Translations under genes and position numbers: made by a program
The notes under the pieces: generated by a model
What the model was told of the DNA's origin: nothing
The model's input: the letters and a program-made list of their open reading frames with translations, nothing else
Database searches by the model: none
DNA from: Octopus vulgaris
Lineage: Eukaryota
DNA: 64,000 nucleotides
Assembly: GCA_951406725.2 (NCBI GenBank)
Contig: OX597816.1
Span: 115,692,001-115,756,000, forward strand
Direction: 5' to 3'
In this document: piece after piece, positions 1-13,515 of the stretch
Layout of the letters: every line of letters begins with the position of its first letter
Numbering within the stretch: the first letter of the stretch is position 1

Positions 1-656
1 GCACCTCCTCCCACAAACCACACACTCATAGCTTCATAGATGATTCCTTCGGCCTCGCCACAGCTTCCTACAGAATAGTTATTGAAAAACCTGCAAGAGC
101 AACCTGCCTCCACTCTTGTATTGTGAGCGCCTGTTAAAATGACTTTTATGTTAGGTGCACAACTAAAGGTGACTCTTAGGTTGTGCTTGCTAAATGATTG
201 CTTGTATATATGTGTGCGTGTGAAATGTTTATCTATTAACTTAAGGAAAATCTTTCCCACACAAGTCTTGACGTTGAGCGAGAACGGTGGAGCAAACCAA
301 ACGACGTTTCTGCAGCGCTTCCTTTTGCGGGTGCTAGACCTTGGCACGTAAGAGATGCGGTCCTTAAACCAACTCGATGACAGTGCCTCGTTGCAGTAGG
401 GGGCAGCGGCGTCAAAGATATCTTGACAAGAGGAGAGATTCGAGATCCTCTTGCTTACACCCTTCACTAGGTTCTTAAAAGTGCTAACATAGGACAGCTT
501 CTCATTTGGCTTTTGATAGGGCCTGTATGTACCAGAGCCCAAATCTAAAGTAACATCTGGGAATCTACTGTGGTGAGATTACTCTCAATGGTAATCTTGA
601 GTCCCATTGAACCTAGGGCGCTAATTATTTCCTTTCCAAGATCATCTTGCGTGTGC
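1..656 (-). mobile_element. Penelope-like retroelement fragment (RT C-terminus/thumb, linker, start of GIY-YIG), frameshifted, runs off window edge
   Basis: Minus-strand translation gives GLKITIESNLTTVD/DVTLDLGSGTYRPYQKPNEKLSYV, RNVVWFAPPFSLNVKTCVGKIFLKLIDKHF, HNLRVTFSCAPNIK and GSCGEAEGIIYEA, all characteristic PLE segments. Confidence 0.85.
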
Positions 657-934
657 TCATTGAAATATGTATATGTATATATATATGCGTTTATATATGT
701 ATATACATATAAATGTATGTATGGACAGATGTATATACATACATATACACAAATGCATACATGCGCACATGCACACACACACTCAAACCATTCACACACA
801 CGCACGCACACGCACACATATATATTGTGCATATATTAAACATTATTACGCATTTTACAAAATTAGATATTTCGTATTACGAATTATTTAACTTAGATTT
901 CTACATGTCTCTCTATATATTTGTGTGTGTGTGT

Positions 935-988
<54 letters not shown>

Positions 989-1048
989 GCGTGTGCGCGC
1001 ACACTCACACACACGCACACATATTTATGCATATGCAGTAGTAGTAGT

Positions 1049-1307
1049 GAAGGCACATGGCTCGTGAGGTTGTGAGTTTGATTTCCGGACCGGGCTGCAT
1101 GTTGTGTTCTTGAGCAAGACACTTTATTTCACGTTGCTCCAGTCAACTCAAGTGTAGAAATGAGTTGCGACATCAGTGGTGTGTTGAGGAGAGGCTGGTA
1201 TGCATGGGCGACTGCTGGCCTTCCATAAACAACCTTGCCCGGACTTGTGCCTCCGTAGGTAACTTTCTAGGTACAATCCCATGGTCATTCATGACCGAAG
1301 GGAGTCT
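1049..1307 (+). mobile_element. tRNA-derived SINE (family C), partly deleted head
   Basis: Degenerate B-box-like GAGTTTGATTTCC followed by GTGTTCTTGAGCAAGACACTTTATTTCACGTTGCTC; the same core recurs at ~3780-3825. Confidence 0.65.
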
Positions 1308-1351
1308 CCTCCTCCTCCTACAGTAGTACCTCTGATCACGAATAAATCGTG

Positions 1352-1389
<38 letters not shown>

Positions 1390-1992
1390 CGTGTGTGTAT
1401 GTCTGTGTGTGTGTGTGTGCGTGTGTGTGTGTGTGTAAAGCACGATTTATTCGTGATCAGAGTTGTTCGAAAACCGAGGTGCTACTGTATACATATATAT
1501 ATATATATATATATATATCGTTTATGTATATATGTGGATATATGTTGTTTATATAAACATACGCACACAGAACATATAAGAGGGAAAGAGGGAGAAAGAT
1601 AGAGAGAAAGAAAGAATTGGAGACATGAAAACACAGACACATGTACACACTCATCATTTACACGCATATATCCATACACACACATACGTATGCAATGTTA
1701 TATAATCATCTAAGCCGTTACCAAAACCAAAATAACAGTTTAAAAAATTTTAAAAAGAAAGAAAAATTTTTTAAAATGTACCATATCTGGCAAACACTCT
1801 CATGGGTGTTGAGAGATGAAATAGATAGATTTTATGCATAAGATGACAATCTTTTTACGATAAGTTCTGGAGCTGTTGGAAATGCTAGCTCTTCCGATAC
1901 GTGGATTCTTCGTAAAAAAAAGATAGCTATCTTTTGACTACTGAAATAATCATGGATAAACGGGGGTCAGTGTTATTGTGTTCAAGTGTCGA

Positions 1993-2002
1993 CGACGACA
2001 AC

Positions 2003-2037
<35 letters not shown>

Positions 2038-2285
2038 GAAGGAGGAGGAGGAAGCGGGAGAGAAGGAGGAAGAGAATGACGACGGTAATCACCATCATCA
2101 TTAGCATCATCATTAGCATCAGCCTCACCACCAAAAATACCACTATCACCATCACCATCACTGCCACCATTAGCATCACTACCACCACCAACATCACCAC
2201 CACGATTATCGCCACCGTCGTTGAGGTCGTAATCATATCATCATCTTTTAATTATCATCATCATCATCATTACCATCATCATCAA

Positions 2286-2345
<60 letters not shown>

Positions 2346-2390
2346 TATCCTCATCATCCCCATCGACGTCGTCATCATCAACCATTATCA
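1993..2390. repeat. Compound trinucleotide microsatellite (GAT)n/(GGA)n/(CAC)n/(CAT)n
   Basis: Visible directly; produces spurious poly-M/T/H ORFs. Confidence 0.95.
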
Positions 2391-2808
2391 TGTTTATTTT
2401 TTCATAATTTTAATACGTATGTTGGTTGACAGTAACGAAATTGCCAAAGAAATTAATTTATAGATTATATTAAAAAAAGGATATTAATTATTTATTTATA
2501 TTAAACCAAAAAAAAAAATAGAAAGGCAAAAGGAACATGTCCAAAATAAATATCTAAAATTTCAAATAGGAACAAACAGTAATAATTACAATAAAATTAC
2601 TAATGACTACACTGTGTGGTATTATCATGAAATATTATTTACGCAGAGATTAATTCGAGACTCATTATTACACATTGATATTTATTTAATGATATATAGA
2701 CATTTTATATAAGATTATATATATATATGCATGTATACATAAATATACATATATATATATAGTTATACGTGTGTGCGTATGTGATGTGTGAGTGTGTGTA
2801 TTTGTATT

Positions 2809-2839
<31 letters not shown>

Positions 2840-2885
2840 AATAACAAATAATATAATATATATACATGCATATATGGGCACAGAA

Positions 2886-3330
2886 CATCACCAACAGTGG
2901 GAAAATGGGAAACAGGACAAGTAAACACATAGAAAGGACTTTTCATCAGTTGTCGGCTGTTTATCTACTTCTCATTTCGAGCATTCAACGACTAAATGAG
3001 TCTTCAGAGACAGTAGCTCCTATGAATTCTAAAATAAAATTTAGGATTTATAGAGGGGCGAAGTTGGGAACAAATATATGACAGTGGAGGCATACAAGGA
3101 AAGCGAACGAAAACAAACATGGAGAGTCGTTAGAGCAGAACAAGTGGAAAATAGGGAACGCTGTGAGAAACATTTGTTTGGAAAGAGAAAAGGTAGAAGA
3201 GAGAGAAAAACGTCCGTTCATTTGCAAGTCCGTGCAGGAAAAGAAAGATGGCCGATGGTCACATATGAGCAACGATTGTCGTTGAATGTTCGAAATGAGG
3301 ATTAGATAACCGACAATGTGTGTGTGTATC
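2886..3330. mobile_element. Unclassified interspersed-repeat-like segment between microsatellites
   Basis: Complex ~450-bp block sharply bounded by (TA)n and (TG)n tracts, no recognisable protein; repeat status is inferred. Confidence 0.35.
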
Positions 3331-3545
3331 AATCTATGTGTGTGTGTGTGCGTGTGTGTGTGGTCATAGTTGTTTGATTAATGATTTATGGACAATAGAC
3401 ATAAGTTAAAATCAGAACAGTAATGATCGAGCTAAGAAGGAATATACAGTGCGTTCATTTGGCAAGAAAAAATATGATCATCTCGAAATACAACAATATC
3501 TGTTTCAATACACGGTTTCACATCTGGAATGTTGCAAGACAGACA

Positions 3546-3727
<182 letters not shown>

Positions 3728-3744
3728 CTAATATCGGCTGACGA

Positions 3745-3880
3745 TCCGAAGGTCATAATTTCAACTCCAGGTGGTGCGTTGTGTCCTCGAGCAAGACTTT
3801 ATTTCACGTTGCTCTAGTCTACTCGACTGGTAAAAATCAATTTTACCTACAGTTCAAAGGACCAGCCTTGTCACTGAAGA
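3745..3880 (+). mobile_element. SINE family C fragment
   Basis: GTGTCCTCGAGCAAGACTTTATTTCACGTTGCTCTAGTCTACTC matches the 1105-1150 core. Confidence 0.6.
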
Positions 3881-3969
3881 GATTAGATGTCACCAAAACT
3901 CAAGAGAACGTATCTACTAATTAAATTAACATACCGTAGATATCATACACCAATAATAATGATAATAAA

Positions 3970-4183
3970 TGTTTCGACTTTTGGTGTCGGGCCAACGATT
4001 GTAGGGACGGGTTAGTTGACTATATCAATTCAAATACTGGAGTGGTACCTAATTTATCGGTTCTGAAAGGACGAAAAAGCAAAGTTGATCTCAAGCGGAT
4101 TTGATTTCTGAACGTAAAGAACCGGAATGAAATGATGCTAAGCATTTTGTTCGATGCGGTAACGACACCGCCAGCTTCCGCCT
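3970..4183 (-). mobile_element. tRNA-derived SINE family A
   Basis: Reverse complement begins AAGGCGGAAGCTGGCGGTGTCGTTACC and has the shared TTTCGTCCTTTCAGAACCGATAAATTAGGTACC core; flanked by TAA-rich tracts. Confidence 0.75.
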
Positions 4184-4209
4184 TGTTAATGTAATTATTA
4201 ATAATAATA

Positions 4210-4415
4210 ATCTTTTCTGTTATAGGTACAAGGCATGATTTTTGAAAACATGGGTAAGTCGATCACATCGACCTTACTACGCAACTGGTACTTATTTTAT
4301 CGACCGCGAAAGGATGAAAGCAAAGTCGACCGCGGCGATATTTGAACACAGAACGTAAAGACGGACAGAATGCAGCAAAGCATTTTGTCCGTCGCGCTAC
4401 TAATTCTCCCAGCAC
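4210..4415 (-). mobile_element. tRNA-derived SINE family A (tandem with previous copy)
   Basis: CTGGTACTTATTTTATCGACCGCGAAAGGATGAAAGCAAAGTCGAC core shared with about ten other copies in the window. Confidence 0.8.
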
Positions 4416-4499
4416 CTGCAGGTTCATACCCAGATGCAGTACCTGTGACTATGCTTTGTTAGATTATCAGGCAATAGCTATCTTAGATTCAGATCTTAT

Positions 4500-4806
4500 C
4501 CGATAGGCACGGTTAACATGTATATATTTTGTCTTGGTGTAAAAGATGGGGTACAGTAAATATTCTGCTCAGTACTGTAGATTTGCTTGTCACTTGCTGG
4601 GACTTAACCAGTTGAGAATGTCCCTTAGTGGTTGACAATATGTGCATCTCTGATCGTGAGCAGGAGTAGTGAGGGAGCATTATAGCCACGTGTTAGAGGG
4701 ATTCTTGTGCGTTTGAATATTTCACTCTTTTAAACATGAACGTTTCGTTCATCAACCTTTCAAAAAGCTCAGGGACCTTTTGAAGAGGATTGACTACTCG
4801 ACCTGG
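4500..4806 (+). mobile_element. Interspersed repeat, probable LINE 3' UTR fragment
   Basis: Aligns by eye with 55060-55280 (AGATTTGCTTGTC...AACCAGTTGAG-ATGTCCCTTAGTGG...ATATGTGCA). Confidence 0.7.
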
Positions 4807-5199
4807 TGCTTGTTAAATATTCAGTAACTTCCGAGAAATTTTTTGAGTTTTTTTTTACATGAGTTCATCTATCAATCCTGACATGCATAGAACAAGCTAT
4901 TCCAGTCAGTCATTATACTATTCACCATTCTACTGCAACTTTAAGTGAAATATATTAAGTTCATCCCGATCTACCGAAGAAAATACACTATTAATGGACA
5001 TTGACAAAAAGAACATGTCATTAGTTGAAAATGCATCTAGCAGAATTTAAAGTGTCATTAATAATTTTTCTTTAAACCGTTTGTATGTGCTATAGACCAA
5101 AAGGTACATTACAAAAAATCTCGATTCCAATATTTACATATGCAAAGTAAATGGCCAAAACTCACGCAGACAAGCATAGCAGTAATTAAAATGGACAGT

Positions 5200-5244
<45 letters not shown>

Positions 5245-7294
5245 TATGAGTAGATATATTATAAAATATTTTATAATATTAAAACATAAAATTATATATA
5301 CGTCCATCTATATTTTTGCTAACAATAATAATTTTATTGTTATAGTTCATTTTCTGATTTTAATTATTTAATTCACTTCATTATCTAAACTAATTCACTT
5401 CATTTAATTTAATTAATAACCTTGGGAATGGCATGACTGTCATCACACTGTCAAAAGTGCTTCCTATTTTAAATTTATTTATGATCTTGACGTACTAAGT
5501 TAGGGAACCAACACTATTTTTTCTTTCAATTTACGGGTGAATAAAACAAACATCTAATAATATAAGCAAACAAGTCAGGGCGGTGGTGATGAGGTGAAGG
5601 GGTAAAGTGTATAAATAAATAAATATCTATGATTAAAGTAAACAAAAACACTTTTAAATGCCTTAGTTTGAATCTTAAGAAATGTTCTATCTTTAAGTGG
5701 TTTGAGCAACCTGAAGACTAATACAGGAAATTGAGTCCGTTTAGATAGAACCATAAACAGATCAATTAGTTCATCTGAGAAGTAGAAATATAAGATTAAA
5801 TTCTAAAAAGGTCTACGATTAGGTATTCACTTAGAGATCTTAAGAAATTTTATACACTTTCCTTCTAATTTACAGGTATACATTCTCTGAACCGTACAAA
5901 GGTTTCTCAGGGAAATGGTAGTGTACAAGTTAATCATATCTCTTTAACAGTATTCTTGGTTCGGAAACAAGCTTACGTGACTTACTATGCCCCAGACGGT
6001 AATGATTATATTTTACAAAAAAATATCAATGATAAGATATATCGTCACCATTTCTTTGTAAGAAAACCTCACTTTACTCAGATCTGTATAATTTTTAAGG
6101 TTTTCGTAGGTTTTCTATACTTCCAAACATAATAAATGTTTAGAAAAAATATTAAACTTGCAAACTTTTGTCCTTTTATAGATGTCAGCTACTCCACAGA
6201 AGGGAACAGATTTTTCGAAACCAGAGAGAAAGAATACATTTATAGACAACTACTTCGAAACTTACTGTTTCTCTATCAAAATTATATAGTTATTCTTGTA
6301 TTCATAATCATCAATTCAGATGCCTGTGTTCCAAAATGATGAGGTTATAATCCAGCAACGCTAGGGGTTTTGGAAGTAATTGTTGACCACTGAAGGGTGT
6401 TAGTGGACCAGTGGAAAAATTTTACTGCCGTTGTTAAGTAAGATCCAGTTTTGGTTTGTAGTTAGAGCTAAATTGGGCAAATAACATGTTGCCTACACAT
6501 GGAAACATGACATAAAAACTTCTTGGTCGGAGTTATCTCACTTACATATCCACACTGATCTATTGCACAGGGCCTGTTCCGACTGGATGTGAAATCTAAG
6601 CTCTGGTGGCATCAAGCAGATATGTTAAATACCAAATAGTAATCCCCTTTAAACTCCTTTCCTGATAGTATTTCTAAAAGATGCATAGCTTCTTTTTCTG
6701 TTAATTTTGGAGATAATAAAAAACTAGATTTTAAAAAATAACTTTAAAAATAATGGATCGGTTTTATGTCTGAAACACAAGAAGCTTATGTGATGAACAG
6801 TTTAAATATAAAAATTAACAGTTTAAAAATTGGCAGTTTTATGAGAAAAGTTTTATATCAGAATTTGACAACTAGAAAGTAAGTGGGTTGCACCAGCTGA
6901 GTAGCTGAGGAGACTGGATCAAAGGAAATCGAAGTATCTTACTGAAGAGTACAACACACCACTTATGGGCTCCAAGAATTGAACCCACGCTCATAGGATC
7001 ATAAAACAAACACCAATAGGCCATGCGAATTAAATATTTTATCATATTAATTGAAATAAGTATATGGGTTATAATTAGTTGAGTGTTGTAAACATATTAA
7101 TGTAATAAACATCCAAAATACAATTCAAAATAAATGAGAAAAAGATAACATTAGCTCAATGAGTAATATTATTTTTAAAATGTTCAACATTTTAATCCAT
7201 GCTTTGTTGAGGAGTGCGATATGATCGAAGCATCTCTGTAGTTATCTCCCGTACTTAGTAACACGATTAAAATATTACACAATAAGCTAATGCA

Positions 7295-7359
7295 TAATAT
7301 ATAATTAGAAATAATTATGCATTAATCCTTAATGCATAATGATTTCTAATTATATGTTA
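7295..7359. repeat. AT-rich palindrome, 27-31 bp arms, 3-nt loop
   Basis: ATATAATTAGAAATAATTATGCATTAA-TCC-TTAATGCATAATGATTTCTAATTATAT, one mismatch in the 27-bp core. Confidence 0.85.
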
Positions 7360-7599
7360 ACACTAACTTAACTGTTGTTTTTCATGCAGATCTCGCATCC
7401 GAGAAACTAAGCTGATAATTGATTTGTTTTCTTTTTCATTAATAAGTACTTTGAAACAAAGTTGAAATCATTACAACAATCTTAACGGTTCTTAAAGTTA
7501 TTATTCTTTTCTTTTATATTTACGACCTTATACTTCGATTTATGTCAACGTAGGTTGAAGGGTTCAGGAAATAGAACAGGGCATACAACGAGGAGTGAT

Positions 7600-7790
7600 T
7601 TTGTTGTTGTTTATTAGTCCCAGTTCAGTGTCTGATCAAGCAACCTTAGCATCAAAGACATCCCAGCTGTTACCATCTGTTTGTTTTTATAGGCACCACT
7701 ACATTGTTCCATATATATTTTAATCCGGTAGAGTATAATACGACGGAGATGTGGAGGCTTTTTTTCTATCAGCTGAAGGTACTATGTACA
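7600..7790. mobile_element. Old interspersed repeat family D (other copies ~13850-13930, 43240-43430, 46160-46240, 48530-48720, 52050-52235; inverted ~31600-31760)
   Basis: Shared degenerate pattern GTTGTTTAGCCCCAGGTCAGC...CTGATC-AGCA...TCAAAGGCATTCCAGCTGTGACCATC ... GAGATTTGGCTGCTATTTCTA. Confidence 0.55.
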
Positions 7791-8226
7791 GGTTCCCTTG
7801 TTTTGTCTTAATGGTTCTGAACGACCCGTGACAGAATTCAGAGATAATAGAAGCCTCCGTCTTTGTTTTTTGACTCGTAACTTTTCGGTTACGATAGCTG
7901 AGATAAGTGCATATAATATATTTCTGTGATTAAATATATTTTTGCGATTAAATAACCACGTGTGTGTGTGTGTATGTTTGTTAATATACATACATATACA
8001 TATATATGTATATGTGTGTGTGATGTGCGTTTGCGTGTGTAAATATATTCATTTTAATTTTGAACGCACAATCTTTATATTGAAAGTTCACCATCTTTAC
8101 CATTTAGCTGTTAGATCTTCATTCACGAGGGAATAGTTAAAAGGAAATTAAAGAAGAAAATAAAAAAGAGAAAACAAAAAAAAACACAAAATAGCGGGTA
8201 TATACATATACATGCATGCATATATG

Positions 8227-8392
<166 letters not shown>

Positions 8393-8716
8393 TTAAATTA
8401 ATAGATGATCCAACTTTAACAGATGAATAAAGAAGATATGATAAATAAAAACAGAAATAAAGAATGAAAATTCCAAAAAGATGCTGAGAAAACAAAACTA
8501 CACGCGCTAAAACTCTATTTTAGTGATTCTTATCAAATGTTGGTGAAACCTCCAAGAAAAATGGTCACCTCAAAGTGAATTTTAAGATAGATGTCTTCAG
8601 GGTACATTGATGACTAGAGTGATGCAACTATGAATTCCTGCCAGGCACCAATTAGCGGAATAATCAGAAGCTATAATCAATGATATTTCGAATAGAATTT
8701 CATATACACACATACA

Positions 8717-8822
<106 letters not shown>

Positions 8823-9654
8823 CAGACACACACACGCATACACACATATATATGTATATATTACGTATGTTTATATATGTGTGTGTGTGTATTATATTTT
8901 CATTTTTAAAAATGTTTTTTTCATTTTGTCGCCTTTTATTTTCTTTGTCTTCACTGAGTGAATTTTTTTCTCAGCATTCTTACAAGATTGTTTAAATCGA
9001 GAATAGATATATTCGTAGAATATCATAGATGAAATGCCTTCAGCGTTGAAACAACGATGAATGCTGTTTGATAGAGAATTAAATGTTATAGTAAAAGTTA
9101 AGCAAAGGCAAAATGTTGAATGTATTACGTACTGACTGGTGACTTAATGATCATAAGTTCATATCTGTTTCAGGCAGTTTGTTGCGTCTCTTTCCAGCAG
9201 GACACATAAATCTTACATTATCTTAGATCTAGACAGATGGTGTCGGTTTTCTCTGAAGAAATTTACCTACAGTAAAGTGTCATTATAACCATGGTAAGAT
9301 CTATCTCTCATTAAGTTTATGCTATAGAATTCAGCATCTTTGTTTTTGTAAAAAGGATTAACTTCAAGAGATTCATTAAGATGAAAATAACGATTTCTTT
9401 CTTAGCCACATTGGTCAGCCATGAGATAAAGCCCCATTAAAGAATTTCTGTTGTAAAAGTTAATCGGTCTAAAATATTATTAAAGAATCTCTGTTGTAAT
9501 AGTTAAACACGATCTATTTACGTAACAAAGGTCCTTGTCGTCCCATGCTTTATGACTGGATGTTGGATGCAGTATAAGGTTTCTGTGTACGCTGTAGCAG
9601 GATGTACGAAACGTGGGAGAATTCGTTTTGGAAACGACATAAATATCGATAAAA

Positions 9655-9830
9655 ATTCTTTCTAATATAAGGAAAAAGCCTTAAATTTTTAAAGTGGAGG
9701 GATATAGGATGAAAAGTAAAGTCAGCTTCAGTGATGTTTGAATTCAGAACGTATTACCGAGAGAAACGACGCTATGTTTCTTTGTTTTTAGTCTGGCACA
9801 GTTTTTATTCTGCTAGCCAGACGCCTTGAT
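9655..9830 (-). mobile_element. Degenerate SINE family A copy
   Basis: GGATGAAAAGTAAAGTCAGCTTCAGTGATGTTTGAATTCAGAACGT resembles the family A core. Confidence 0.55.
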
Positions 9831-10838
9831 AACGATCCTTAATAACGCAACACGCGTAATGTTTCCCCTTCATCACTTCAGAACAATTGTGCCATAAAAA
9901 CGAATAAACAAAATGCTACTTTTAGTTCAAAGATCAATAGTAAATAAATGGATCACAATCGGTTTTGATGATGAGGTTTCGAGGAAGAATGATTACATAT
10001 TGAATTATAGTTTGTATACGTGGTTGAGTATTTCGTAAACACTTGTACACTTAAAGTATCCCAGACAAAATCAACGTGACACAGTGTGCGACAAGACTGA
10101 CTCTTTCACTGAGTTATTCACCTTCCCGAGCTTTATTGAAGTACTGTGTCACGGTGTATTTTTATAATGTATCTCATTTGGGTATAGAATTATAATAGAA
10201 AACTAAAACTATAATTTGTGCCAAGGAAAGATCCATTGTAGAATCATAGAATCAAAACAGAATTTCTATAGTAACTATTGTCAGGGAAGCAAAGAGGAAT
10301 TTTGTCTCTGACAAATAGTAAGTGGAGTGGAAGATAATGTTTTCTAACTTAAGCTGACATCACTTGTGATTTGATAGCAGTAATACTAGAAAGGAGAAAA
10401 TAGACATAAATGTGTCTATGTATGTATAGATATGCACAGACACATACAGACATACGCTCAAATGTGTATGTGTGTGTGTTTATGTATGTATGTATGTGTG
10501 TATGTATGTATGTATGTATGACATCACACACTAATATCAATACATACGTCGCATACATATAAAAATAACTTATAAAGCATCAGCTTTAAAAGATAACCTT
10601 TAATTTAATCTTGAACATATATCAAATGACAATAAAAATAGGATTATATAAAGACAAAAGAAAAAAAAGCAAGCAATACATTTCTAAAGCAGACCTGGAA
10701 AAATAAAAAGAAAAGAACAAAACACAAAGAAATATGGATGACTTTCTGACTTTCTTAAATGAAAATTATTTACAGTGGTTAGTTTATGTGATAGTATTAT
10801 TGTGATCGTATGATTTGCACACTTTGGTAAACATGTAC

Positions 10839-11110
<272 letters not shown>

Positions 11111-11282
11111 ATCTATGTGTGCATGTGCGTGTGTGGTTGTGTGTGCAACTACGAAAATGCATTTGTGTTTGCGTGTGATACGTGTATGCGTGCACATGTA
11201 GCACACATAGAAGAGATGACACGTACAAATATAAGTATATATATAATTATACGTGCATATATATATATGTATGCATATATAT

Positions 11283-11315
<33 letters not shown>

Positions 11316-11983
11316 CATATGCATATACACTCATCTATATATACAAATATACACACGTATATCTTTAAAATTCGAATACGTGTGTTTCTGATTGTCATAT
11401 ATACATCTCTGACAACACTACCACACAGGCATTGTCGTCCAGATATGCATCCACATGCAGATATATATATATGAACATATATATATGCACACGTACACAC
11501 GCACGAGCATACATACACTCATGCCAAATCATATACAGCAATACATAAATACGGATATACAACAGAAAATACATAGATACCAATAAAGAGAATTTATCTG
11601 TAAATCTAGAACTATCCATACGAATCATTTGTACCCGCATCACTTATGACCTTTACTCCAAACATTGCTTCGGCTTTCTTCAAAGGACTAAAATGATCAC
11701 CGCTTTCTTGTTGCATGTGTTATTTTTACGAAATACTTACAATGGAAACTTCTGTTTTTTTTTAAATTTATCATCCATGTTGTTCAGTGAGATCTAATTC
11801 AATATGATGTTGGAAATTTCATTGTCTGTCTATTCTGTGCGTTAGATTCTTACTGTTCCTTTGTCTACCTGTCTAATCTATGAATCTGTTACTATTAACA
11901 TGTAAGTATATAAATAACCATGTAACTTATTTTGTGTCCGTGATGTTATATATGTATATGAATATGTATATGTACATACATGC

Positions 11984-12050
<67 letters not shown>

Positions 12051-12794
12051 TGTATGTGTGTGTACATGCATGTATATATATATGCATATGTGTGTGTATG
12101 TATATAAGATTTGTATGTATATATGTTTTTATGTATGTCATTCTAATCTCTATAGCATACGTAATGTAAACAGACCGTTAAAAGCCTAGAAACTGTAGCA
12201 TTCATCTCAAGAAATCATCTCGTGTGGGCGAATAACGTAGAAAAATACATAAATATATGAGGAGCAGACGAAAAGTATCTAACAGCGGTAGCAGAATTGC
12301 TAAATATGTTGAGTACCGTATACAGAATGCTACATTGAACTAATACCGTTTCCACCTCTAATAATGAATATGTATAGAACCTATAGGCTAATTACAAAGC
12401 CTATGATTTGCCAATCATATTTTCTCTACATAGAGAAAATTAGTAGTGGCTAATTTAATCTTTTCATTTTTAAACACGATAGATACTAAATACATGCAAC
12501 TGATTGCGACTGATGACGCTGAAAGAAGTAGAAATACATATTTAGCAAATCCACTACCGCTGCTACACATTTTTTTGTCTGGTACTGATATATTTCTGTG
12601 CTTTTCTTTTGTCATTAAACGTTTATATTACCTGTAAAACTATTATATGAAAATATTTATACGAAAACATATTTTAGTATTATTAATTTCATATATTTAA
12701 ATGTATGGAAAAAATTGAACCCCTATGATAAAAAAATAAAACTAGATAATTTAAACAAAAATTATGTATATATGCATGCTTGTATGTATGTCTC

Positions 12795-13409
12795 TTCTTT
12801 TTTTTTTAATTATTATAAATCTACCACTGAGTAGTGAGTCGGTTTCCAACAAAGATAGAAGGCTTCATCTTTGGGTTGTAGTTAACACAGACAAATTCAC
12901 ATTTGTAACTTGAGAAAAGTCTTCTATATTTTTACTGCTCCACTCAAAGATTGCACTTGTAATGTACGAATCAGCCAGTTGATTTCTCTTTCTGAAAATC
13001 CCAGTTCATCCAGATTATCCTGTAAATATTAACTAAGAAAACTAGTCCTCCAATTATTATTGGTATGAACAGGAATTCATAGTCTGGATATAGAAGCTAT
13101 AGGTTTCGAAGCAGTTGTCCACAGATATCCTCTTTTTCTTTCATTTTCAAAAAGATATTTACATTTGCAGGGCAGCTAACATCTAACATGGTAATACCTT
13201 TGCCCCTCTGTCCAAAACAGCAATATCTGGCATGTTATGTTTACACTTGACTGAAATTTGATGGGAATATTCCACCAGTATTCCTTGAGTTGGTGTTTAT
13301 GAATGTATTCCATAACAGAGGGATTTTCTAAGTTTATTTCAGGACATTCTTTTTTGTGGATGGCATTGTAAATTGTTTTAGCAACAACATTGTACCGCAT
13401 AGGGAAGTG
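12795..13409 (-). mobile_element. 5'-truncated R4/Dong-like non-LTR retrotransposon (REL endonuclease region, 3' UTR, poly-A)
   Basis: Minus translation PMRYNVVAKTIYNAI...EYWWNIPIK/CKHNMPDIAVLDR...SCPANVNIFLKMKEKEDICGQLLRNL*LLYPDYEFLFIPIIIGGL...LGFSERE fits the RHN...PD..E/K REL pattern; A-tail (T run on plus) near 12798-12807. Confidence 0.8.
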
Positions 13410-13515
13410 GTATGTATGTATGTATGTATGTATGTATGTATGTATGTATGTATGTATGTATGTATGTATGTATGTATGTATGTATGTATGTATGTATGCA
13501 TGTATGTATGTATGC
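13410..13515. repeat. (TATG)n microsatellite abutting the LINE 5' truncation point
   Basis: Visible directly. Confidence 0.95.

Noticed and set aside
1986-2429. 147-aa His/Thr/Met-rich ORF resembling a metal-binding protein
   Set aside because: Entirely trinucleotide microsatellite, with no splice or domain support.
2935-3010. Minus-strand CTGAAGA...GAAA and CTGATGA as a possible hammerhead
   Set aside because: I could not build consistent stems I-III around either core.
7590-7612. AGTGATTTTGTTGTT matches the 3' half of miR-7
   Set aside because: Seed-containing 5' half is absent, there is no precursor hairpin, and it borders repeat family D.
9436-9506. 28-bp direct repeat ATTAAAGAAT(T/C)TCTGTTGTAA(A/T)AGTTAA
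   Set aside because: Two copies only; a simple local tandem duplication.
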